Below, one piece after another: positions 9,484-21,443 of a DNA stretch of 64,000 nucleotides. A program made the translations under genes and the position numbers. The notes beneath the pieces were generated by a model. That model made no database searches and was not told where the DNA came from. It worked only from the letters and a program-made list of their open reading frames with translations. Each line of letters begins with the position of its first letter. The stretch's first letter is position 1. The DNA lies in assembly GCA_963803435.1 (NCBI GenBank), contig CAWDML010000009.1, forward strand, positions 1,504,001 through 1,568,000, read 5' to 3'. The stretch comes from an uncultured delta proteobacterium (lineage in GTDB: Bacteria; Myxococcota; Kuafuiibacteriia; Kuafuiibacteriales; Kuafuiibacteriaceae).

Positions 9484-12400
9484 ATGAATCTTTGTGCGCG
9501 CACCCTCTTCACGCTCGCCTCCACCCTCGCCGTCTCGACCGCCGCACACGCCCAGACGTGGATTCAATCGGATCACCCGGAGGCCTTCGTCCCTCTCGCG
9601 TCGCTGCCGGGGATCGGACCGACCACGCCCTTCGTCCTGGTGCCCGAGACGTCCTTCTTGCCGGGGGATGACGACGGCTTCGCGGCGAACATCCCGCTCG
9701 GCTTCACCTTCAACTTCCTCGGCACGAGCGCCGCCGCCATCGGCGTGAGCTCGAACGGGTCGATCTCGTTCACGAACACCTCCCAGCCCTCCTTCGCCAG
9801 TAACTCCGCCATCGGCGACCCGTCGGAGCCGAACAACTTGATCGCAGTCTGGTGGGACGACAACGCCTTCACCTCCGGATCGTCACGGGACCATCGGCAC
9901 CGCCCCGAACCGGATCTTCGTCGTCGAGCTGACCACGTTCGCCAACTGGCAGGACACGGGGAGCGACGGCGGATCGGCCCAGGTCTGGATCTACGAAGGG
10001 CCGGCGGCGCGCTTCGAGGTCCGCTACGGCGGCGCGCTGAGCTTCACCCACTACGGCGCGTCGGTCGGCTGGGAGGGCGCCGGCGGCGCTCCGAACGGCA
10101 CGTTCCTCACCTGCGGCACGCTCTGCACGGCGGCGAACTTCAACACCCTCGTCAACCGCGTGTTCACGGTGCAGTTCCCCGAGCGTCCGGAGCTCTTCCC
10201 CGACTTCGGCATGTTCGCCCGCGGCGCCAGCCCGGGGACGCAGGGCGCCGGACAGGTGGTGTTGAGCAACCAGGGCATCCAGACGGCCACCACCGTCCTC
10301 ACCAACCTGTATCTGTCGACCGATCAGACCTTCGACAGCGGCGACATCCTGGTTGGCAGCACCACGAACGACCTCCCCACCGGCCCGACGACGGCGGCCG
10401 TGACGGTCGATGTGCCCGCGGGCCAGCCAGTCGCGGACTACTACCTGCTGGCGCGGATCGACGCGGACCTTCGCTACGCCGAGATCGTCGAGAGCGACAA
10501 CATCCGCGCCGGCCCGCACTTCGCCACCGGGCCCGAGCTCAGCCCGATCTCGATCACGACCAGTCAGTCCGGGATCAACCCGGGCGAGACCGCCACGTTC
10601 GACGTCGGCGTGGCGCAGAACGGGGTGCCGTTCGCCCAGCCGGTGGGGCTCCGCGTCTATGCGTCCTCCGATCAGGTCTTCGATCAGAACGACCGGCTGA
10701 TCGGCACGCAGACCGTCACGCTGAATGGGAGCGCCACGCAGACGGTCCCGTTCTCGGGCACGCTGCCGACGCTCCCTCCGGGCGCCTACTACGCCGTCGC
10801 GCAGATCGATCCGAACAACCAGGTGATCGAGACCGCCGAGGCCAACAACGTCTTCGTGGGGCCGACGCCGTTCCAGACGGGTCCGGACTTCGCGATCGCG
10901 AGCGTGAGCGTCCCGCCGCCGGCCTCGCCCGGCGGCTCGATCGACGTCACCACCACGATCGGCTCGCTCTCGGTGCCGTTCACCGGCAACGTCGCGTATC
11001 GCCTCTATGCCTCGCGGGACGCGACGTACGACGCCTCGGACGTGAACCTGGGCTCGCTGACCGCCGCGTTCACGGGTCAGGCGAGCGTGGCGGACACGAA
11101 GACGGTCATGCTCCCTGCCAACCTCGGACCCGGCCGCTTCTATCTGATCGCGTGGGTCGATCCCAACAGCGCGATCGCCGAGGTCAACGAGATGAACAAC
11201 CGCGGCGCCAGCGCCGCGCCGATGATCGTCGGACCGGAGCTCGGGGTCAGCTCGGTGACGTTCAGCCCGATCAGCGTCGAGGTCGGACAGAACCTCCACG
11301 CCACCGGCGCCGTGCGCTCCACCGGGACACCCTTCACCGGCAACGTCAGCGTCCGCATCTACATCTCCAGCGACGCCATCTTCGACCCGGGTGACGACGC
11401 ACTGTACGAGGGGACGCTCCTGATTCTCGGGTCTCTCCACGACGGCGTTCGACTTCACCTTCCCGGTGCCGCGGACCAGCCCGGTCAGCGGCGACGCCGT
11501 GGTGCCCGCCAGCTACCGCATCTTCGCGGAGGTGGACGGTGAGAACGCGATCCTCGAGGCCGACGACCACGACAACTTCGCGCTGGCCACGAACACGCTG
11601 GTGATCGTCGGCGCGGATCTCCGCGTTTCGTCGATGAGCGGGGCTCCGGTCGCGTTCAGCGGGCGGCCCTACACGGTCTCCGTCACCATCGAGAACACCG
11701 GCGTCGCGGACGCGCGCGGCTTCGTTCGCGCCTACTATCTCTCCCGGGACACCGCGATCCGGATCTTCGATCAGCAGGTCGCGGTCACCGGCACCGCCAC
11801 GCTCACCGCCGGAGGGACCCAAACCTACGTCGACACGCTCGACATGCCGGTCCTGACCGCGACCACCTCTCTTTACCTGGGCGTCATCGTGGACCTGTAC
11901 GACGCCGTCCCCGAGAGCAACGCCAACAACAACATCGGTCGCATCCCCAACCCCATCTCGATCGTGTTCCCGATCCCCAACATGACCGCGGAGATCGTCG
12001 AGACCGCCACGGCGGCGGCGGCCGGGGAGGAGCTGGCCGTCACGCGGCTCCTCAGCAACGACGGCGTCGCCGACTCGGGCGCGTTCGAGTACACGTACTA
12101 CCTGTCGAGCAACCCGGTCATCTCGACCGACGACATCATGCTCGGGACGTTCTCGTCCTCGCTCCCCGAGGGCGGCGACGACTATGCGATCGACGTGGTC
12201 AACGTCCCCTCGAGCGTGACGCCCGGGACGTACTACCTGGGGCTGATCGTGGACCCGGAGGATCGGGTCGACGAGGTCTACGAGGACGACAACGCGACGC
12301 TCGGGCCCCAGGTGCCGGTCTATGCGGCCGCCATCCACTTCGTCACCAACTCGCTCCCGAACGGGACGCTCGGCGTTCCGTACGAGGTGGGCGTCTACGC

Positions 12401-15400
12401 GACGGGCGGACCGCTCGCCCTCACCTACTCGGTGGCAGGCAGCGCGCTCCCCGGGGGCCTCGCGCTGGATCCGGCCAGCGGGATCCTCTCGGGCACGCCG
12501 ACCACGGAGGGCCTCTTCCACTTCGCGCTGCGGGCCTCCGCCGGCACCGCGTACGCGGACCGCAGCTTCTCGATCCGCGTGGTCGCCCCCACCGTCGGGC
12601 TCGAGATCGCGACCCCCGCGCTCCCCACCGCGGTGGCCCACCGCGCCTACGACGTCCGGCTCGTGGCGGTCGGGGGTACGCCGCCGTACGAGTGGTCCGC
12701 GATCAGCCGGCTCCCGAGCGGCCTCTCGGTGTCCACGGACGGCCGGCTCTCGGGCTCGCCGGAGTCGCCCGGATCTCTGCCGGTCACGTTCCGCGTCCGC
12801 GACGCGCTCGGCGCGTCCCGTTCCAAGGACCTGGCGCTCAACGTGATCAACGCGAACAACTCGATCCAGATCGTGCAGGTCCCCCTGCCGACCGCGATCG
12901 TCGGCCTGCCCTACTGCGAGCCCGAGACCGTCTCGCTCGAGGCCAGGAACGGCATCGCGCCCTACACGTGGTCGCTGATCGGCGCGGGCCCGCCCGGGCT
13001 CACGCTCGCTGCGGACGGTTCGATCTGCGGGACGCCGGAGCAGACCGGTCGCTTCCCGATCACCGTGCGCGCGCAGGATCAGACGGGGCTGTTCGACACC
13101 TCGCTCTTCATCCTCGAGGTGGACGACGGTACCGATCTCGCGATCTCGACGTTCACGCTCGAGCCCGCCCAGGTGGGCACGGCCTACGCGGCGAGCGTCA
13201 CCGCGATCCGCGGCGTCGCGCCCTACACGTTCACCGTCGTCGACAGCTGGGGCGAGCTTCCGCCCGGGCTCACGCTCGGCGACGACGGCATGGTGGCGGG
13301 TACACCGTCGGCCGACGGGACGTTCGCGTTCGTGGTGCGCGTCGTCGACTCGCAGCTGCGCAGCGACACCCAACCGCTCTCGATCGTGGTGGCCCCGGCG
13401 CCGACGAAGCCCGTGGACGACACGGGGTGCGGCTGCAGTGCGGCGGAGGGGAGCGATCGACCGCTCGCCTCGCTGTTCCTCATGCTCGTGCTGGGCGCGG
13501 TGCTCCTGTTCCGGCGCCGTTCGGCCCGGCGGCGGCGGCGGCTCATCGCAGCGGCGGCGGTGGCCGTCAGCGCCGGCTTCGCCCACGAGGCCCGAGCGCA
13601 GTTCGTGCCCGGTACGCCCTACGTGATGACCACCGCCCCGATCACGTACCAGCCCTGCAGCAGTCCGACCGTGATCTCGACCGACGTCGACGACGGACAG
13701 TTTCCGGTCACGATCCCGTTCCAGTTCCGCTTCTACGACGACTTCCCCACCAGCATCAGCGTGGGGGCCAACGGCGCCATCGCGTTCCCCTCGGGCACGT
13801 CGATCAGCCTGTCGAACGAGGCCCCCGGCAACTCCTCGCTCGATGCCTTCATCGCGCCCATGTGGGACGACCTCCGGCTCTACTCGGCGAACGGCGGTGT
13901 GATCGGCACGGTGGTCGCCGGCACTGCGCCGAACCGCACGCTCACGATCTGCTACGAGGGCATGAGCCGGTTCAGCTTCACCGGCTTCCTCTTCAGCTTC
14001 CAGATCCGGCTCTTCGAGGGTCAGTCGGGGCGCGTCGAGATCGACTACGGCCCGACCTCCGGCGTCGCCACGTTCACCGGGACGATGGGCATGGAGGACA
14101 CGCAGGGCGCCCGTCCGATCCTCTTCCATCCCGGCGGGTGCACCACCGCCTGCACGCAGGTGGAGCTCGAGTCGCTGTCGAACACGCGGATCACGGTGGT
14201 CGAGGATCCGGGGGTCGAGATCGTCGCGGTCGGCGTGACCGCGCCCGAGATCGCGTTCCTCGGCGCGCAGACGCCGGTGCAAGTACAGGTGGCGAACCTC
14301 AACGCGAACCCCGTCGGCCCGTTCACCGTGGCGGTCGAGGCGGGCGACGGCCCCACCGTGATGAATCCGGTCGCTGTCGGCTCGGTGGAGCTCACGCTCC
14401 CCGGCTTCACGTCGCGAGCAGTGACCGTCACCTCGGTGATCCCGTCGTCGTTCGGTGAGCGATCGATCTACCTCCGGGCCATCGCCGACTCGACGGGCGC
14501 GATCACCGAGGTCAACGAGACCAACAACGTCACCACCTCCGCGACCGCGGTCCGTCTGCTCCGCGGCAAGCCCGACCTCTCGGTGGAGCGCGTCGTGGCC
14601 ACGGCCACCGCGGGCGTGGACAGCGGCGGGGCCCTGACCGTGTATACGACCGTCACCAACGTCGGCGGAGAGGACGCCCCTGCGACCGACGTCGGCGTGG
14701 TCCTCTCCTCGAACCCCGTGATCAGCCCCCAGGACGTCGAGATCGGACGCTTCACGGTGGTGCTGGCGCCGGGCGAGAGTGTCACCTCGACGGAGACCGT
14801 CACCGTCCCGGCCGACACGAACTCCGGCCTCTACTACCTGGGTGCCGTCGCCGATCCGGAGAACACGCTCGAGGAGCTCTCCGAGTCGAACAACGGGCGC
14901 GCCGATCCGACGCCGATCGTGGTACGGGGCGGGGAGCTCGCGGTGGTGACCGCCGCCCTGCCGAACGGTTACGTCAGCGAGACGTACACCGCTCTGCTCT
15001 CGGCGGTCGGGGGAGACGGCAGCTACCACTGGAGCGTGGCGCAAGGTACCTTGCCTTCGGGCATCGGCTTGGCCCCGGCCACCGGCGAGCTCTTCGGACG
15101 ACCTCAGGTGGCAGAGAGCCAGAACCTGACCCTCCGCGTCGAATCGAACGGCGCGAGCGCCGAGCATGCCTTCACGCTGACAGTGGAGGATCCGGCCGAG
15201 CCGCTGACCATCGTGTCGCGCGCCCTGGCGCCCGCGGTGGTCGGTCAGGAGTACGCGTTCTCGCTGGTGGCCACCGGAGGAAGCGGTGACCCCACCACCT
15301 GGTCCGCCACCGGTCTGCCGGCAGGCCTGGCGCTCGACGGCGCTCGGATCTTCGGGACGCCGGAGGTCGCCGGCCAGGCGACCGTCGCGCTCTCGGTCAC

Positions 15401-18400
15401 GAACGGCACCGAGACCGCCACCCGCCAGCTCCCGCTGACCGTGCGCGAGGACGCCAACCTGCTGATCGTTCCGATGGTCCTCTCGACCGGCCGCTTCAGC
15501 GAGGCTTACGAGACGCAGCTGATCGCCACCGGCGGCGTCCCTCCGATCAACTGGCTCCTCGAGGACGGCCAGCTGCCGAAGGGCGTGACGCTGGGTCTCG
15601 AGGGCAAGCTGACCGGGACGCCCACCGAGGTCGGTACCTTCACTTTCGCCGTCCGCGCCCGCGACAGCGCGAGCGGCGCCAACAATGCAACCGACGTGAA
15701 CTCGTTCGAGCTCCAGGTCCTCGACGTCGACGGGTTCTCGATCACGACCGAATCCCTTCCCGACGCCGTCATCGATCAGGGATACGACGTCACCATCACG
15801 GCCGCAGGAGGTCTCATGCCATACGAATGGACGGTCGCCGAGGGACGGCTACCGGACGGGCTCATCGCCAACAGCAGTCCCATGACGGGCGAGCTCCGCA
15901 TCGCGGGTCGTCCGGCGCAGACGGGCGTCTCCAATCTCTTGATTCAAGTCACCGACAGCCAGCGCCGCCGGGCGATCCGCGCGCTTTCGATCCGGGTGGT
16001 CGATCCGATCACCACGACCGGAGGCGGTGAGGGTGGCTGCGGCTGTACGGCGACCGACGGCCGCGCGGCGGGAGGGCTCTGGGTCTCGGTCTTGGGCCTG
16101 GGGCTCCTGCTCCTGCGCCGGCGTCGGCTCGCGCTGCTGGGGCTCCTCGGGGTCCTCTTCACCACGACCGCGTCCGCGCAGCCTGTTCCGGGGACGCCGT
16201 ATCAGCGGACCGTCAGCGCGCACACGTACACTCCGCTCTCGAACCCGACCGTCATCTGGAGCGACACCGACGACGCGGCCACGAACCTGAACCTGCCTTT
16301 CATGTTCCGCTACTACGACACGAACGTCACTGGCGACATCACGGTGGGTGCAAACGGCGCGATCGTGCTGGCCCCGGGTCAAGGGGTCTCGCTGGCGAAC
16401 GAGGCTCCGGGCACGTCGACGCTCAACAACTTTATCGCGCCCTTCTGGGACGACCTCCGGGTCTACGCAGGGACGGAGTCGATCAACTACCAGATCGACG
16501 GGACCGCCCCGAACCGCACGATGACCATCGAGTACAACATGATCAGCCTCTACGGGAACTCGGCCTTCCACACCAACTTCCAGGTGCGGCTGTTCGAGGG
16601 TCCCTCGGGACGATTGCAGATCGACTACGGCGACACGACCGGCACCGGCGCGCCCTCCGCCTCGATGGGCATGGAGGATGCGGCCGGCGGCCGCCCGATC
16701 TTCTTCCACCCCAGCATGTGCACGACCGCGTGCTCGCTCGCAGAGATCACCTCGCTGGCGAACATGCGGATCGATCTGGTCGAGGATCCGGGCGTGGAGA
16801 TCATCGCGAACGCGATCCAGGCGCCCGACTTCGCGTTCCTCGGTGCCCAGTCGACGATCAACGTCGCCGTCCAGAACCTGCATGGGACGCCCCTCGGCCC
16901 CTTCACCCTCCAGGTGCAGGCGGGGATGGGACCGACGGTCCAGAACCCGATCACCATCGGTACGCTCGACGTGACCCTCGGCGCGTTCCAGCAGCAGCTG
17001 ATCCCGGTGCCGGCGGTGTTCCCGCAGAGCCTGGGCGAGACCTCGGTCTACCTGAGGTTCACGGCCGACTCGGGCAACGCGGTGACGGAGGTGGACGAGA
17101 CCAATAACACGGTGGTGTCGACGACGCCGACGCGCCTCCTGCGCGGTCGCGCGGACCTGGCGGTGCAGTCGGTCCGGACCGACGTGCGGGCGGTCTCCGC
17201 GAACGGCGCGCTGACGATCTACTCCACGGTTCGGAACATCGGCGGCGAGCCCGCGAACAACGTGGCGGTGGCGGCGATCCTGTCGTCGAACCCGGTCATT
17301 AGCCCGCAGGACCTGGAGCTCGAGCGCTTCTCCGTCACGCTGGCTCCGGGCGAGACGATCAACTCCACCACCACGGTATCGCTCGCGGGCGTCAACTCGG
17401 GCGTCTACTACGCCGGAGTGCTGGCCGATCCGGATCGCATGCTCGACGAGCTGTCCGAGGCGAACAACGGACTCGCCGCGTTCTACCCGATCACCGTCAC
17501 CGGCGGCACGCTCGCCATCACCACCACCGCGCTCCCCACGGCGTACGTGCGCCAATCGTACACCGCACTGCTGGCGGCGGTCGGCGGCGACCAGGCGTAC
17601 CACTGGGAGCTCACCCAAGGCATGTGGCCGGCCGGGATCGGACTGGTGCCCAACACCGGCGAGCTGTTCGGTCGGCCCAGCGTCCAGGAGACTCAGACGA
17701 TCACCGTGCGCTGCACGTCGGGGAGTCAGACGGACGAGGCCACCTTCACGCTGGTGGTCAGCGATCCGGACGAGCCCCTCACGATCGTCACGCGCGCCGT
17801 CCCCGCTGCGGTGATCGGACAGGAGTACAGCTTCCGGCTCATCGCGACCGGCGGATCCGAGACCAGCTCCCTGGCATGGTCGGCGACCGGGCTCCCGGAC
17901 GGCATGGCGATGTCCTCCGACGGTGTCCTCGCGGGCTCGGTGAGCCTGGCCTCGAGCAGCACGATCAGCGTGATGGTCACGGACGGCACCGAGACGGCGA
18001 TGCGCGACATCCTCTTCGAGGTGGGACAGAACGTGAACCTGCTGATCGTGCCGGCCGTGCTCTCGACCGCCCACTACAACGAGGCCTACAGCACCAAGCT
18101 CACCGCCTCCGGCGGGCTTCCGCCCATCACCTGGTTGCGCCAGCTGGGCACGCTGCCCGAGGGTGTGGGCCTCTCGGCGGACGGCACGTTGAGCGGGACG
18201 CCTCTGCAGGTCGGGACCTTCCGGTTCGTGGTCGAGGCCCGCGACAGCGGCTCGGGCGGGCTGGCCGCCAAGGACGTCAACAGCTTCGAGCTCGAGGTCG
18301 TGGACATGGCCGGTGGCTTCACCATCTCCACCACGGAGATTCCGAAGGCGATCGTCGACACCGGCTACGAGGCGACGATCTCCGCGACCGGCGGCCTGCC

Positions 18401-18746
18401 GCCGTACGAGTGGAGCATCGAGGCGGGGCGTTTGCCGGAGGGCATGGTCCCCAGCTTTGACGCCACCACCAACGCCTTCCGGATCAGCGGCTCGGTCGGC
18501 GCACCCGGCGTCACCAATCTCCTGATCAGCGTCGTCGACGCGCAGGGTCGATCGGCCCAGCGCGCCTTCGCGCTCGTGGTCGAGGAGGCGCCGGCGATGA
18601 TCGACGAGAACGCCGACGGCGGGGGCTGCGGGTGCACCGCGGCGCGGACGTCTGGTCGCTCCGTCTGGAGCGGGATCGGCCTGTTCGCCCTGGCGCTCCT
18701 GGCCCTCCGGCGACGCCGGCGCACCTCGTCACCTCGGGTGAGATAA
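9484..18746 (+). CDS. Giant (~3090 aa) surface polyprotein of three head/CARDB-like/Ig-like/MYXO-CTERM units; two apparent frameshifts (~9885, ~11430)
   Basis: Signal peptide MNLCARTLFTLASTLAVSTAAHA|Q from ATG 9484; continues in the frames of ORFs 10160-11542 and 11466-18746. CARDB-like ends (DP.N.I.E.NE.NN), He_PIG-like Ig repeats (GG.PPY.W...LP.GL.L...G.LSGTP) and three GCGC-TM-RRRR motifs. Confidence 0.85.
13425..13601 (+). other. Internal junction 1: MYXO-CTERM fused to a signal peptide
   Basis: [58 protein letters not shown]|QFVPGTPY, in frame with no stop. Confidence 0.85.
16035..16181 (+). other. Internal junction 2: MYXO-CTERM fused to a signal peptide
   Basis: GCGCTATDGRAAGGLWVSVLGLGLLLL-RRRR-LALLGLLGVLFTTTASA|QPVPGTPY, in frame with no stop. 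Confidence 0.85.
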
Positions 18747-18798
18747 CGGGATCCCATGCCTTGACCGTTCGCGGGAAGGCTCCTCTAGTGATCCCGCG

Positions 18799-21435
18799 AT
18801 GGTGAAGCTTCGGACGGGATTCCAGCACTTCGCCATGGCCGCGCTGGCGCTCTGCGCCGGCGGCCGGGCCTGGGCAGAGCAGATCGCTGGCACACCCTAC
18901 ACACGTTCGGTCACACCGATCACGTACGCGCCGCTCGCGAGCCCGACGATCGTCTTCGACAACGAGCTGCAGGAGGAGTCGGAGGCCGACGTCACCCTGC
19001 CCTTCGTGTTCCGCTTCTACGACGCGGACGTCACCGGACCGATCACCGTCGGCTGTAACGGCACCATCGCGTTTCAGCCCGGGCAGCAGATCACGTACAT
19101 CAACGAGGTGCCGGGCGCCTCAGCGTCGCTCAGCGGCTACATCGGCGCGCTCTGGGACGACCTCGAGATCTACGTGGCGAACGGCGGGTACGTCGGCTAT
19201 CGCGTCGACGGCACAGCGCCCAATCGAACGATGACGTTCGAGTTCAACAACATCAGCCGCTTCCTCACCAGCGGGGTGACCTTCAACTTCCAGATCCGGC
19301 TGTTCGAAGGTCGAAGCGGTCACGTGCAGATCGACTACGGTCCCACCACCGGCTCCGCGGCGATGGACGCGACGCTGGCGATGGAAGATCAGAGCGGCGG
19401 CCGACCCATTCTGTTCTCGCCGACGATGTGCACGAACGCATGCTCGCTGGCGAACATCCAGGCGCTCACGAACATGCGGATCGACCTGGTGGAGGATCCG
19501 GGCGTCGAGATCATCGCGAACTCGATCCAGGCGCCCGCGTTCGCGTTTCTCGGGGCGCCGACCTCGATCAACGTGAGCGTCTCCAACCTGCACGGCACCT
19601 CGATCGGGCCCTTCACGTTGGCGGTCCAGGCCGGGACAGGCGCCTCGCTCCAGAACCCGGTCACGCTGGGGGCCCTCGACATCACGCTGGGAGCGTTCCA
19701 GCAGCAGACGGTCGCCATCCCCGCGGTCTTTCCGCAGAGCCTCGGCGAGACCACCGTCTACCTGCGAGCGGTGGCGGACGTGGCCAACACCGTCGCGGAG
19801 GTGGACGAGAACGACAACACGGTCGTGTCTGGCAGCCCCACCCGGCTCCTGCGCGGCCGGGCCGATCTCCGCGTACAGTCGGTCCGGACGAACCTTCGCG
19901 CGGTCTCGGCGAACGGCACGCTCACCGTCTACTCGACGGTGGAGAACATCGGCGGCGAGCCGGCGCTCGACGTCCCGGTCGCGGTGATCCTGTCGTCCAA
20001 CCCGGTCATCAGCCCCCAGGATCTGGAGCTCGCTCGCTTCGACGTCTCGCTCGCGCCCGGCGAGAGCGTCAACGCCACCACCACGGTGTCGCTGTCAGGC
20101 GTCAACTCGGGCGTCTACTACGCCGGGGCGCTCGCGGATCCCGAGGGCAGCCTCGACGAGCTGTCCGAATCGAACAACGGTCTGGCGGCCCTCTACCCGA
20201 TCACGGTCAGCGGCGGCACGCTCGCGATCACCACCACCGCGCTCCCGACGGCCGTCTTGCATCAGTCGTACACCGCGCTGCTGGCGGCGGTCGGCGGCGA
20301 TCAGGCGTACCGCTGGGAGCTCGTTCAAGGGATGTGGCCGGCCGGTCTCGGGCTGGTTCCCAGCACCGGTGAGCTGTTCGGCCGGCCCAGCGTTCAGGAG
20401 ACTCAGACCGTCACCCTGCGCTGCACGTCGGGCGCCCAGACGGACGAGGCCACCTTCACGCTGGTCGTCAGCGATCCCGACCAGCCCCTCACGATCGTGA
20501 CGCGCGCCGTCCCGGCGGCCGTGATCGGTCAGGAGTACAGCTTCCGGCTGATCGCCACCGGTGGCTCCGCGACCAGCTCGCTGGCGTGGTCGGCGACGGG
20601 GCTCCCCGACGGCATGTCGCTGTCGACGAGCGGCGTCCTCTCGGGCTCGGTGACCCAGTCCTCGAGCAGCACCGTCACCGTGACCGTCACCGACGGCACG
20701 GAGACCGGGACGCGCGACCTCCTGTTCGAGTCCACGGAGAACGTGAACCTCCTGATCGTGCCGACGGTCCTCTCCACCGCCCACTACAACGAGGACTACA
20801 GCACCAAGCTGATCGCGTCCGGCGGGCTGCCGCCCGTCACCTGGATCGTCCAGCTGGGGACGCTCCCCGAGGGGATCAGCCTCTCGGCCGACGGTACCCT
20901 GAGCGGCACACCGCTCGAGGTCGGCACGTTCCGCTTCGTGGTCGAAGCCCGCGACGCCGGGTCCGGCGGTCTGGCCGCCAAGGACGTGAACAGCTTCGAG
21001 CTCGAGGTCGTCGACATGGCCGGCGGCTTCACCATCACCACCACCGACATCCCGGCGGCGACCGTCGACGCTGGATACGAGGCGACCATCTCGGCCACCG
21101 GCGGCCTGCCGCCCTACGAGTGGAGCATCGAGGAGGGCCGCCTCCCGGAGGGGATGGTACCGAGCTTCGACGCCACCACGAACGCGTTCCGGATCAGCGG
21201 ATCGGTCGGCGCACCCGGCGTCACCAACCTCTTGATCAGCGTGGTCGACACGCAGGGGCGGCTCGCGAAGCGCGCCTTCGCGCTGGTGGTCGTGGAGGCG
21301 CCGGTGATGGTCGAAGAGAACACGGACACGGGCGGCTGCGGATGCACGGCCGCGGGAGCGCGTCGAGCTGGGGCCTCGCTCCTCGGCCTGATCGTGATGG
21401 GCGGCCTCCTCTTCCTCCGCCGCCGGCGTCTCTGA
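18799..21435 (+). CDS. Stand-alone surface protein, paralog of one polyprotein unit: signal peptide, head, CARDB-like x2, Ig-like repeats, MYXO-CTERM
   Basis: Signal ...GGRAWA|EQIAGTPY; ends GGCGCTAAGARRAGASLLGLIVMGGLLFLRRRRL; long near-identical stretches shared with 16179-18746. Confidence 0.9.
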   Translation: MVKLRTGFQHFAMAALALCAGGRAWAEQIAGTPYTRSVTPITYAPLASPTIVFDNELQEESEADVTLPFVFRFYDADVTGPITVGCNGTIAFQPGQQITYINEVPGASASLSGYIGALWDDLEIYVANGGYVGYRVDGTAPNRTMTFEFNNISRFLTSGVTFNFQIRLFEGRSGHVQIDYGPTTGSAAMDATLAMEDQSGGRPILFSPTMCTNACSLANIQALTNMRIDLVEDPGVEIIANSIQAPAFAFLGAPTSINVSVSNLHGTSIGPFTLAVQAGTGASLQNPVTLGALDITLGAFQQQTVAIPAVFPQSLGETTVYLRAVADVANTVAEVDENDNTVVSGSPTRLLRGRADLRVQSVRTNLRAVSANGTLTVYSTVENIGGEPALDVPVAVILSSNPVISPQDLELARFDVSLAPGESVNATTTVSLSGVNSGVYYAGALADPEGSLDELSESNNGLAALYPITVSGGTLAITTTALPTAVLHQSYTALLAAVGGDQAYRWELVQGMWPAGLGLVPSTGELFGRPSVQETQTVTLRCTSGAQTDEATFTLVVSDPDQPLTIVTRAVPAAVIGQEYSFRLIATGGSATSSLAWSATGLPDGMSLSTSGVLSGSVTQSSSSTVTVTVTDGTETGTRDLLFESTENVNLLIVPTVLSTAHYNEDYSTKLIASGGLPPVTWIVQLGTLPEGISLSADGTLSGTPLEVGTFRFVVEARDAGSGGLAAKDVNSFELEVVDMAGGFTITTTDIPAATVDAGYEATISATGGLPPYEWSIEEGRLPEGMVPSFDATTNAFRISGSVGAPGVTNLLISVVDTQGRLAKRAFALVVVEAPVMVEENTDTGGCGCTAAGARRAGASLLGLIVMGGLLFLRRRRL

Positions 21436-21443
21436 GATCCAGG

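Noticed and set aside
9870-11470. Programmed frameshifting or phase variation at the two breaks in the giant gene
   Set aside because: No slippery heptamer or homopolymer tract is evident, and similar single-base breaks occur in ndh, ramB, aceA/B and others, which points to sequencing error.
11346-15167. Long antisense and alternate-frame ORFs (e.g. 1273 aa here, 4155-6968, 37794-40106, 39-1391)
   Set aside because: These are shadow ORFs typical of high-GC DNA opposite real genes, with Arg/Gly/Ala-rich nonsense composition.
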